64,000 nucleotides of DNA, taken from an uncultured delta proteobacterium (GTDB lineage: Bacteria > Desulfobacterota > Desulfobacteria > Desulfobacterales > Desulfosalsimonadaceae). Positions 1 through 8,666 of this stretch are shown here, one piece after another. Within the stretch, counting starts at the first letter, position 1; every line of letters begins with the position of its first letter. Under the pieces are notes generated by a model. That model was not told where the DNA came from and did no database searches. It saw nothing but the letters and a program-made list of their open reading frames with translations. A program made the position numbers and the translations under genes. The DNA lies in the NCBI GenBank assembly GCA_963826785.1, contig CAWGYD010000004.1, positions 401,457-465,456 on the forward strand, read 5' to 3'.

Positions 1-927
1 CGTCCCGTAGTAGACCAGGTGGCTGGAAATCCGGAACAGCTCCACCATCATCACCCGGATCACCTTGACCCGATCGGGCACATCGATGCCGGCCAGCTTT
101 TCCACCGTGAGCACATAGGGGAGGTTGTTCATCACCCCGCCCAGGTAGTCGATGCGGTCGGTATAGGGGATGTAGGTGTGCCAGGTCTGGCGCTCCCCCA
201 TTTTTTCCGCGCCCCGGTGGTGAAAACCGATTTCGGGGACCAGGTCCACGATCTCTTCCCCGTCGAGCTGCAGCACCACCCTGAATACGCCGTGGGTTCC
301 GGGATGCTGCGGGCCCATGTTGAGGAAGATCAGGTCCGTGTCCTCGCCCCGGCGCTTCATGCCCCACTGCTCCGGTTCAAATCGCATGGCCGCTTCCTCG
401 GCCGCCTGTTTTCCTGGCGGCATCTGGAAAAAGCCCATTTCGGTGGCCCGGGCCGGGTGCTCCTTGCGCAGGGGATGCCCCTCCCAGGTGTTCGGCATCA
501 GGATGCGCCGCAGCCGGGGATGGCCGAAAAATTCAATGCCGAACATGTCCCAGGCTTCCCGTTCGTACCACTCCGCATTGGGCCACAGGTCGGTGATGGT
601 GGGAAGACCGGGATATTCGTCCGTCAGGGGCACCTTGATGCGGATGTCCGCGTTGCGGTCAAGCGAGATCAGATAGTAGATCACCGTGAAGGTGCTTGCC
701 GGCTGGTGTGCCCGGTGCATCCGCATCCGCTCGTCGATGGCACTCAGGTCGAACAGCATGCAAAACGGGTCCCGCAGCCCGGTCTTCAAAAAGCGCAGCA
801 CCTCGTGTACGGCATCCGGCGATATCCACAGGGTGGGCACATCGTCCTTGACCGGCTGCACCGTAAGAATGGACTCAAAAAACCGGTCTTTGAGTTCTGC
901 TATGACATCGGGAGCGTTCGCCGACAT
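1..927 (-). CDS. nuoCD: NADH-quinone oxidoreductase fused subunit C/D (3' end runs off the window)
   Basis: Hand translation from ATG 927: [16 protein letters not shown]...[31 protein letters not shown] (NuoC), continuing in frame to [30 protein letters not shown] (NuoD). Absent from the ORF track because it has no stop in the window. Confidence 0.95.
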   Translation of the reverse strand, partial: MSANAPDVIAELKDRFFESILTVQPVKDDVPTLWISPDAVHEVLRFLKTGLRDPFCMLFDLSAIDERMRMHRAHQPASTFTVIYYLISLDRNADIRIKVPLTDEYPGLPTITDLWPNAEWYEREAWDMFGIEFFGHPRLRRILMPNTWEGHPLRKEHPARATEMGFFQMPPGKQAAEEAAMRFEPEQWGMKRRGEDTDLIFLNMGPQHPGTHGVFRVVLQLDGEEIVDLVPEIGFHHRGAEKMGERQTWHTYIPYTDRIDYLGGVMNNLPYVLTVEKLAGIDVPDRVKVIRVMMVELFRISSHLVYYGT

Positions 928-933
928 GCCCTA

Positions 934-966
934 ACACCCCCCTTGATCCCCCCCCAAGGGGGGAAT
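934..966. repeat. C/G-run REP-like palindrome (family A)
   Basis: ACACCCCCCTTGATCCCCCCCCAAGGGGGGAAT; related copies at 18091, 28098, 31381 and 33569. Confidence 0.8.
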
Positions 967-1125
967 AAAAAAGTGGGCACCAGAAATATCTTTTTTCAAT
1001 CCCCCCCTGATGAGGCAACAAAAGCCGCCCATCCTGCCGGAAAAACAATGGAAACCGTTTTTTTTTGCCGCGCTGCATCTATCGGTGTGCAATGACCTGA
1101 GCCTTTTCATGGGATTCATCTTGTT

Positions 1126-1764
1126 TCAAACCTCGTCCGGCGGCCGCAGCAGCGTGGCTTCCCGGCGTCTTTCCCGGGCCTCGTCGCGCATCGAGGGCGC
1201 CGGCTCCTTGTAGATTTCCTGGGGACCGACCATGTAGCTCAGCGGCCGCCTTTCGCTTCCCACCGCTTTCTGCAGCAGTCCCAACCCCTGCATGAAGGCG
1301 CCGGGGCTGGGGGGGCACCCCGGGACGTAGACATCCACCGGCAGGATCTTGTCCACGCCCTGAATCACGGAATAGATGTCGTACATGCCGCCGGAATTGG
1401 CGCAGGACCCCATGGAAATCACCCATTTGGGTTCCATCATCTGTTCATAGAGCCGCAGGATCAGGGGGGCGCATTTGAGAAAGGGAGTTCCTGCAATGAC
1501 CATCAGGTCCGCTTCCCGGGGAGATGCCCGGATGACCTCGGCCCCGAACCGGGCGATGTCGTACTTGCTGGTCAGGCTGGTGGCCATTTCCACATAGCAG
1601 CACGACAGTCCGAAATTAAACGGCCACAGCGAGTTCTTCCGGCCCCAGCTGACCAGCCGCTCAAGCGTTGAAAGGACCACGCTGCGCCGCATGGCATCTT
1701 CCAGCGGGTCGGTCTGCTGTCCGGGGATCTCCAGTTTCCCCCGGGAATTTTTTAACCACCGCAT
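1126..1764 (-). CDS. nuoB: NADH-quinone oxidoreductase subunit B
   Basis: [23 protein letters not shown] and VYVPGCPP motifs. Confidence 0.97.
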   Translation of the reverse strand: MRWLKNSRGKLEIPGQQTDPLEDAMRRSVVLSTLERLVSWGRKNSLWPFNFGLSCCYVEMATSLTSKYDIARFGAEVIRASPREADLMVIAGTPFLKCAPLILRLYEQMMEPKWVISMGSCANSGGMYDIYSVIQGVDKILPVDVYVPGCPPSPGAFMQGLGLLQKAVGSERRPLSYMVGPQEIYKEPAPSMRDEARERRREATLLRPPDEV

Positions 1765-1830
1765 ATTAAAATCGCCGAAATCTATGTGTTATTTGAAAAG
1801 GGTCAATACGGATTCATCAATACAATACTC

Positions 1831-1975
1831 GGTGTCCACTCAGAGATGGTGGATTTGGGTTCAGGCCGAGGCCGCAGGGGTTTGGAAACCGGAGGCGCAG
1901 CAGCGCTGCGTTGAGGATTTCCAAATCACGAGAACGAAGGCCTGGGCCCAAAGACGCCATTTCTGAGTGGACACC
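1831..1975. mobile_element. About 145-bp MITE/REPIN-like imperfect palindrome
   Basis: The terminal inverted repeat GGTGTCCACTCAGAGATGG...CCATTTCTGAGTGGACACC extends imperfectly for about 37 nt; the right end abuts the stop codon of the CBS gene. Confidence 0.7.
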
Positions 1976-2409
1976 TACTTCCATCCCTTGATGTAATCTT
2001 CCAATTGTTCGATGACGAACTGCTTGTGGGTAATGATCCCCTTGACGATGTCGCCGATGGAAATGATGCCCGCCACCTGTTCGTTTTCGATTACCGGCAG
2101 GTGCCGCACCCGTTTATGGGTCAGCAGTTCCATGCATTCCTCCAGGTTCTTGTCCGGATCGACGGTAATCACTTCGGTGGTCATGATCTCGCTGACCAGC
2201 AGATCCTGGGAGCGCTTCCCCTTCAGGATGACCTTCCGGGCATAATCGCGTTCGGAAATCAGGCCGATGATGCGTTTGTCCTTGAGCACCAGCAGCGCCC
2301 CGATATTTTTTTCGGCCATGATGCCCAGTGCCTCGTAGACCGTTTGATCGGGTGCAATGGACTCCACCCGGGTCCCTTTGTCCCTGAGGATATCCCTGAC
2401 TTTTCTCAT
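1975..2409 (-). CDS. Standalone CBS-pair domain protein (144 aa)
   Basis: MRKVRDILRDKG...IGALLVL...GLISERDYARKV...RHLPVI...GIISIGDIVK. Start ATG 2409 overlaps the nuoA stop (ATGA); the ORF-track start at 2559 is too long. Confidence 0.93.
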   Translation of the reverse strand: MRKVRDILRDKGTRVESIAPDQTVYEALGIMAEKNIGALLVLKDKRIIGLISERDYARKVILKGKRSQDLLVSEIMTTEVITVDPDKNLEECMELLTHKRVRHLPVIENEQVAGIISIGDIVKGIITHKQFVIEQLEDYIKGWK

Positions 2410-2837
2410 GATGTCCCCCCCTTTGATTGAGGTTCCGATTTCCGGCGGGCCTTGAGATACCGGATCGTGCCCCAGTCCAGCGCCCCGTTGCGCCAGAGAT
2501 AGACCAGCGCCGCCAGCAGGATGGCGATGAAAATGTTGATCTCGATATAACCGGCCCATCCCAGGTCACGAAAAGTGACCGCATACAGATAGACGAAAAT
2601 GGCCTCCAGATCGAAGATGACGAAAAACATGGCCATCAGGTAGAATTTGGCGGCAAAGCGGACATTGGCCGACCCCGTCGAAACCAGTCCTGATTCGTAT
2701 GTTTCTTTTGCCGCACCATCCCGCCGGCTGCGATGCTGACCCAGCACGGCGGAGAGTGCGATGATCAAACCGGTCAGGCCCGCCACGCAGAAAAAGTAGA
2801 GGACCAGCGGCCAGAGTAAAAGGTTTGACGAATTCAA
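2406..2837 (-). CDS. nuoA: NADH-quinone oxidoreductase subunit A
   Basis: ETYESGL and KFYLMAMFFVIFDLEAIF, GALDW; TTG start. Confidence 0.95.
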   Translation of the reverse strand: MNSSNLLLWPLVLYFFCVAGLTGLIIALSAVLGQHRSRRDGAAKETYESGLVSTGSANVRFAAKFYLMAMFFVIFDLEAIFVYLYAVTFRDLGWAGYIEINIFIAILLAALVYLWRNGALDWGTIRYLKARRKSEPQSKGGTS

Positions 2838-2937
2838 TTACAGCATCCTTCTATAGTAGACCAGAACCGGGTTATCACTGAAAATAATGACCACCGGGTC
2901 GGAAAAGTAAAGAAAAAGGTCGTAAAAACGACCGTTT

Positions 2938-4185
2938 TCAATGGGTGACCGTAAAGGTCAGGCCCGCGTTGGCGATCAGGCGGTCGAGCAGTTTGTTCCC
3001 CATGGCGCTGGCGGGCGTCCAGAATCCGCCCTGGACCTCCTTTTTGTCGATGTCCTTGAACAGGCAGACCGCGGCTTCTCCCAGCATCTTTCGGGTGGAG
3101 CCGTAGCCCGGATCGCGATCCCCCGTCACCGTGACCCTCAGTTCATTTCCGCTGATATCTTTGCCGATCAAATGCAGTTTGTAAAAGCCCTTTTCCTGCT
3201 TTTCAGGGGAGGGGCCCTGCCCGGGTTTGGGCAGAAGGGTTTTCTTCAAAATTTCCCGGGTCGGCGCAAAAGCGCCTCCGACGATGAATGCCCCGACGGC
3301 TGCCGATAAAGAGGCGGCGCGAAGACGCCCTTTGATGCCCTGACCCATGATCATGGCTTCATCATATTTGAAATCACTCCCATAGGGGTAGCGCATCAGG
3401 GCATTGGTCCGGTGCACGACCCGGGTGTTGACCGCGGCCATGATGAACGGTCCCACCCAGCTGTCCACATCTTTATCGTATTCAAACAGATTGACGCCGG
3501 GCTGGCGGATGCCGCTTCGCATTCCCTCGGGCGCCAGGGCATAGGGATTTCTGACAATTTTGGCGACTTCAGGATCTTTCCGGACTTCCTCGATGATGTT
3601 TAAGATGCTGGCAACGGTCCCCCCGCTGGCCCCGCCGCGCATGGACCTGACCCGCAGCTTCACCCGGTTCATGGCATGGCCGAATTTTTTATGCGCCTGG
3701 TTCTGCAGGAAGTACACCCCCATGTCCGAGGGGATGGAGTCAAACCCGCAGGCCGGGACGATGCGGGCGCCGGATGCTTCCGCATCTTTCTGGTGCGCAT
3801 TGATCATGCGGTGTATCCACTGGGTCTCCCCGGCCAGGTCGCAGTAGTCGGTGCCGTTGGCGGCGCAGGCGGCCACCAGCTTTGATCCCAGCTTCGCATA
3901 GGGGCCGACCGTGGAAACGACGAGCCTGGCCTTTTTCGTCATGGCATCGAGAAAGGCCTCGTCGAATGCGTCGCCGACGATTAAGGGCAGGCGGTCGTCG
4001 GCATTGAGTTCGCGGTGCACCGATTCCAGTTCCTGCCGGCTGTTGCCGCCCAGTGCGAAGCGGATTTCATCGGTTTTGCCATACCGCGGCCACACATAGG
4101 TCGCCAGCAGCTTTCCGATAAATCCGGTGGCGCCCCACAACACGATATCCGCTTCTGGCAGGTCTTTTTCTTTTAGAGCACTCAT
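2938..4185 (-). CDS. Saccharopine dehydrogenase-like / trans-acting enoyl reductase family oxidoreductase
   Basis: GATGFIG Rossmann motif, VGPYAKLG, YCDLAGE, CGFDSIPSD, DPGYGST, GGFWTPA. Confidence 0.9.
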   Translation of the reverse strand: MSALKEKDLPEADIVLWGATGFIGKLLATYVWPRYGKTDEIRFALGGNSRQELESVHRELNADDRLPLIVGDAFDEAFLDAMTKKARLVVSTVGPYAKLGSKLVAACAANGTDYCDLAGETQWIHRMINAHQKDAEASGARIVPACGFDSIPSDMGVYFLQNQAHKKFGHAMNRVKLRVRSMRGGASGGTVASILNIIEEVRKDPEVAKIVRNPYALAPEGMRSGIRQPGVNLFEYDKDVDSWVGPFIMAAVNTRVVHRTNALMRYPYGSDFKYDEAMIMGQGIKGRLRAASLSAAVGAFIVGGAFAPTREILKKTLLPKPGQGPSPEKQEKGFYKLHLIGKDISGNELRVTVTGDRDPGYGSTRKMLGEAAVCLFKDIDKKEVQGGFWTPASAMGNKLLDRLIANAGLTFTVTH

Positions 4186-4427
4186 GCCGTACCTCCATCA
4201 AAAAATTTTCCGACACCGGACTTTTCGATCATCTTGTCATAAGTATAAGGATAAAAAGGCGCCGGCGCCATATTATTTTCATCGTAATACAGGAATGAAA
4301 AACGCATCTTTTGCGTCAAGCGCGCTCCATTTGCGCCTTCTACTATCATATTGACCGGAGTCGATCATCTTGTTACCATCCTGAAAAATGACATAAAGGA
4401 ATCTATGCAATAATCAAGGAGTGCGTC

Positions 4428-5696
4428 ATGAAATTGAATAAACAGTTGAGCGGTCTGCTTGTTTTGTCAATTTTCGGGTTGGCCATGCTGTCTGCATGTG
4501 CATCCTCCACCCCGCCGCTGGTGACTGCGGCCGGCCAGGGGGAAACCGAAGCCGTCAATCAGCTGATCGCCTCCGGGGTAGATGTGAATGCGGCGACGAA
4601 ACAGGGGATTACCCCGCTGTTCGCGGCTGCGGCCGCAGGCCGAAAAGAGATGACGGCCCGGCTGCTGGAAAGGGGTGCCGACGTGAATGCGGCCGCAACG
4701 CAGGCGCATGTCCTTGATGAGATGATGGTTTATCCGGGAATGACCCCCCTGATGGCCGCGCTGGCAAATGCGCATCCAGAGGTCGCCCGTCTCCTGGTCG
4801 AAAGCGGGGCGGATGTGAACATGAAAACCGCATCCGGCCTTACGGCGATGATGATCGCTTCTTTCAATGGAAATGACGAAATGGTGAAGCTTCTGCTGGA
4901 GAAAAAGGCCGATCCGAATGCCGCCCTCACCGAAGACATCGTTTTTGCCCAGCATCCCGTATACACCGGCAGCTGCCCCGTTCTGGCCGCAGCCAATGCC
5001 GGCAGCGTCAAATGCATGCAGCTGCTGCTCCGGGCCGGAGCGGATTTTAATGCCGCCGACCGGCTGGGCAATTCATTGCTGATGGAAGCAGCCGCCAAAG
5101 GCAACCTGCATGCGGTAAAATTCCTGATTGCGCACGGGGCGGACGTGAACGGCCGGTCCACCGAGACGCTCAAGATCGGCCAGGACGTCACGCCCAAGGG
5201 GTATTCCGTTTTGTCCGCCGCCGCGGCTAACGGGCATGCGGAGGTGGTAAAATACCTCATCGAAAAGGGCGCGGACGTCAACACCAAAGATGATGAAATG
5301 CTCATCGACCCCCTTTTCCTGGCATCCGGCAAGGGCCACATGGAGGTGGTGGAAATTCTGGTGGAAAACGGCGCGGATGTGTTTGCCCTTTCCAAAATGG
5401 GAACCGCCCTGAATACGTCAAGACACAACGGGTATGACAATATCGCCAAGTATATCATGAGCGCCCGGGCTGCCCAATTGGCCGCAGAGCAGGCCGCTGC
5501 GGAGGAAAAAGCAAAGCCCAAGGAAAAACCTGAGGAAATGCAGGATAAAGAAGCAATATTCGATTGGGCCGGGCAGCAATTAAGGCGCCCGCCGTTTCGA
5601 TTAATTGTTTTAATCCCAATGGCAAAGCTAAGCGTGAGTCTCCCAGATAGAGACAAAAGGTTTAGCGAAAAAGGCAAAGAGGAGAACGCTGATTAA
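4428..5696 (+). CDS. Ankyrin-repeat lipoprotein
   Basis: Lipobox LSAC after a signal peptide; repeated G-TPL/TAL..AA..G...LL..GADVN units. Confidence 0.9.
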   Translation: MKLNKQLSGLLVLSIFGLAMLSACASSTPPLVTAAGQGETEAVNQLIASGVDVNAATKQGITPLFAAAAAGRKEMTARLLERGADVNAAATQAHVLDEMMVYPGMTPLMAALANAHPEVARLLVESGADVNMKTASGLTAMMIASFNGNDEMVKLLLEKKADPNAALTEDIVFAQHPVYTGSCPVLAAANAGSVKCMQLLLRAGADFNAADRLGNSLLMEAAAKGNLHAVKFLIAHGADVNGRSTETLKIGQDVTPKGYSVLSAAAANGHAEVVKYLIEKGADVNTKDDEMLIDPLFLASGKGHMEVVEILVENGADVFALSKMGTALNTSRHNGYDNIAKYIMSARAAQLAAEQAAAEEKAKPKEKPEEMQDKEAIFDWAGQQLRRPPFRLIVLIPMAKLSVSLPDRDKRFSEKGKEENAD

Positions 5697-5724
5697 CAGA
5701 ATTGCATCGCGACCGGATCTGTCT

Positions 5725-7581
5725 GTGCCGCTCCTCTGCCTGTTTCTTATTTTGCTGAATGCGGGCCCCGCCATCGGGGATACACGCCTTTCGATCCGGG
5801 TCACCGATCCCCTGCCGGAAGAATACAGCCTCGTTCTGAAGCAGGATATCGGGGCGGGGTCGCTGCTGAGGCTGCAGGCGGACTCCATCCAGCAATTCAA
5901 CCATTTCAGTATCCTTGAAGTCAGTGTGGCCGGGCATGTCCTGAAGGAAGTCCATCATGGTTCAGATGAAGAACTGCGAAAAGACTGGAACTGGTTTATT
6001 GCCACGCTGCCCATGGTCACCGTCGTGACGGCCGAACCCCTCCGGGCGGGTGATCGGATCGATATCCGCACGAAGAATAACAGGCAAAATCAGGCAAATC
6101 CCGGGGTCTCAAGCTACAGCGGTCTGAACTGGTCGATTCGCTTCGTGCAGGTCGACGATATCCGGGCGGTGGATGCAAAACCGGTGAGCGAAACCGTGAC
6201 CATTGAATTTGTTCCGGGCGAGCCGGTGGGGCTGGAAGCCTATTTAAAGCCAGACGGCCGGCTGCTGGTCACGCCCTGTGATGTTTTCGGCAACCCGGCC
6301 AGGCGCGCGGGAATGGGAATCTCCGTAAATGACGGCAGCCGCATCCACACGGCCAGGTTAGACGATGCCGTGCCGACCGTGTTGACGCTCTCACCTTCGG
6401 TCGAGCGGGTGGAGGTGAGGGACGCCTTCGACCGATGTGCGCTCAGCAACGCCCTTCCCATTGCCCTTGACGGAACCCCCGTCTGGTTTGGTGACTTTCA
6501 CTGGCATACCCTGGTCAGCGGCGACGGTCAGCGCGATCCGGAAAAGGCCATGCGGGCCGCACGCGACGAGTTGGGCCTCGATTTTGCCGGACCGAGCGAC
6601 CATATCGCCGCCGACGGCGACTATCACAACCGGTTCGATCTTCATGTTTCAGATCTGACCGGTCTGGTTGGCCGCTTCGAATCGCCGGGAACATTTGCCG
6701 TTATCACCGGGGCCGAACGGAGCACCCGCCACGGCCACGCCAATATCTATGCGGACAGCGACGAAATATGGGCGCAGGTTACGGGAAAATGCGCCGCATC
6801 CGGCATGAACCGGCAGGTCAACACCTTCCCGCACCAGGAGATCCAGAAGATTCTCCCGGCCGGGCATGCATTCTATGTTCCCCATCATACCAACGTGGAT
6901 TCATTTGTGGAAGGCGGGGTTACTTCTGCCGTTGACGGGCTTCCGCTCTGGTATGCCATGTCTTTTCCCCTGCCCGCCGATCGCGATTTCGTGCGGCTGT
7001 TCGAAATGTGCCAGCTGCGCGGCTGTTTTGAAACCGAGGAACTTTGTCCGGAATGGGGCGTACGGTACGGCGGTTTCGGTGCCAGTGCGCGATCGGCCCT
7101 GGGCCGCGGCTATCATATCGGATTCACGGGGGGCAGCGACAACCATTGCGGCTGGCCCACCCGCGCACCGGGCAAGACCGTCGGATTGACCGGCGTGGTA
7201 TCGGCGCAATTGGACCGCAAATCGATCTTTGACGCCCTTTACGCCCGGCGCTGTTATGCCACCACCGGTGCGCGCATCGTGGCCGATGCGGCATTGAACG
7301 GGTATCCCATCGGAAGCGAGCTGAAGCTCAATCCCGGTGAAGCGCGTATTTTTGAGATCATGATCAAGGGAACCGCACCGATCGAGAAGGTGCAGGTGAT
7401 CTCGGCCGGAACGGTGCTGGCCGACCTGCCGGTAAAAGGGGCCTCCCTTGATTTTTCGTGTGAGTGGCAAGATGACCGACCGGGCAGGCCCCTGGATGAC
7501 ACCTATTATTATGTGCGCGCCCGTCAGGCGGATGGACACTGCGTCTGGCTCAGCCCCTGGTGGATCGATCTGCCCGAGTAA
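5725..7581 (+). CDS. Secreted PHP-fold metallohydrolase (DUF3604 / CehA-McbA-like)
   Basis: Signal peptide; WFGDFHWHT, GLDFAGPSDH, GHANI, GFTGGSDNH and RRCYATTG motifs. Confidence 0.8.
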   Translation: MPLLCLFLILLNAGPAIGDTRLSIRVTDPLPEEYSLVLKQDIGAGSLLRLQADSIQQFNHFSILEVSVAGHVLKEVHHGSDEELRKDWNWFIATLPMVTVVTAEPLRAGDRIDIRTKNNRQNQANPGVSSYSGLNWSIRFVQVDDIRAVDAKPVSETVTIEFVPGEPVGLEAYLKPDGRLLVTPCDVFGNPARRAGMGISVNDGSRIHTARLDDAVPTVLTLSPSVERVEVRDAFDRCALSNALPIALDGTPVWFGDFHWHTLVSGDGQRDPEKAMRAARDELGLDFAGPSDHIAADGDYHNRFDLHVSDLTGLVGRFESPGTFAVITGAERSTRHGHANIYADSDEIWAQVTGKCAASGMNRQVNTFPHQEIQKILPAGHAFYVPHHTNVDSFVEGGVTSAVDGLPLWYAMSFPLPADRDFVRLFEMCQLRGCFETEELCPEWGVRYGGFGASARSALGRGYHIGFTGGSDNHCGWPTRAPGKTVGLTGVVSAQLDRKSIFDALYARRCYATTGARIVADAALNGYPIGSELKLNPGEARIFEIMIKGTAPIEKVQVISAGTVLADLPVKGASLDFSCEWQDDRPGRPLDDTYYYVRARQADGHCVWLSPWWIDLPE

Positions 7582-7679
7582 ACGGTTGATGTAAACGATT
7601 GTGCGATCGGCAAGATGAAAAATTTCGTCATTTTCTTCTGCGCGGGCATTACGATAACCCGGTTCTCTGTTTTTCGAAT

Positions 7680-8555
7680 TTATATCCCTGCCATTTCTGC
7701 AAAATTTTTGCCCTTGATCATCTCCTTTTCTTCGGCGGATACCGGCAGACGATTGATCTCGGTGAGAATGGCGCCGTGGTCGTACAGGTGATCCTCGGGT
7801 GACGGATATCCGAAGGGGCCGTCGGTACCGTAGAAGCATTTTTTTGGCCCCAGTGCGGCAACGGCGGCCCGACGGAGCGGCTCATCCAGGTAGGGGCTGG
7901 ACAGGTCGATGTACACGTTCTTCTTGTCCTCGATGTATGCCCACAGTTTTTTGTAAAACGGCACCCCGGCATGGGCATATACCAGCTTGAGCTTCGGGTG
8001 CCGCTCCGGCAGGTGTCTGAAATCCCCATTTGCGCTGTTTCCCCCCAGGTGCAGCAGCAGGGGCAGACCGCGCTCCACGCAGAAAGCGGCCGCATCATCG
8101 AGCTGGCTTACCGGGTAGCGGTGCCAGTACGGGTGGCACTTGATGCCGATCCATTTCTTGGAGTCAAGCCCCCTCTCCATTGCCCCAACCGCGTCTTCTT
8201 TTGCCGGGTTGATGAAGAACCAACCGTAAAACCGGTCCGGGTGCGCTTTTAATGCGGCTGCCACGGGCTGGTTGTCGGGCTGTTGATCGATATCGTATTT
8301 CTTGCCCAGTATGTTGAACTGGCCGTTTTTGGTGACGACGCTTTCATATACCTTCCGCCCGAGAAAATTCCATCTTCCCGCCTGGAGGTTGCGGACAAAT
8401 TTCGCCAGCTTTTCAGCCGTTCCCTCCACGTGAAAGGGATCCACCATGGGCGGCACCAGGGCGATGCGGTCGATGCCGTGCCGGTCCATCTGGGCGATGA
8501 GCCGGTCCATTGTCTCCATCCGTTCATCCAGGTGATAATGCATGTCGATGATCAT
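7680..8555 (-). CDS. Amidohydrolase family protein (Amidohydro_2 type)
   Basis: IIDMHYH, GIKCHP, LLLHLG, YAHAG and YGTDGP motifs. Confidence 0.9.
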   Translation of the reverse strand: MIIDMHYHLDERMETMDRLIAQMDRHGIDRIALVPPMVDPFHVEGTAEKLAKFVRNLQAGRWNFLGRKVYESVVTKNGQFNILGKKYDIDQQPDNQPVAAALKAHPDRFYGWFFINPAKEDAVGAMERGLDSKKWIGIKCHPYWHRYPVSQLDDAAAFCVERGLPLLLHLGGNSANGDFRHLPERHPKLKLVYAHAGVPFYKKLWAYIEDKKNVYIDLSSPYLDEPLRRAAVAALGPKKCFYGTDGPFGYPSPEDHLYDHGAILTEINRLPVSAEEKEMIKGKNFAEMAGI

Positions 8556-8666
8556 CTCGCGCCTCCTTTTTTGAGGGTAAACGGGCTTTTATTTTTTGGT
8601 TTGAAGTGATTCAGCCTTCGGCCTGGCATCCCCGGTCCCCCCGATATGGGAGGAATAAGGTGAGGG

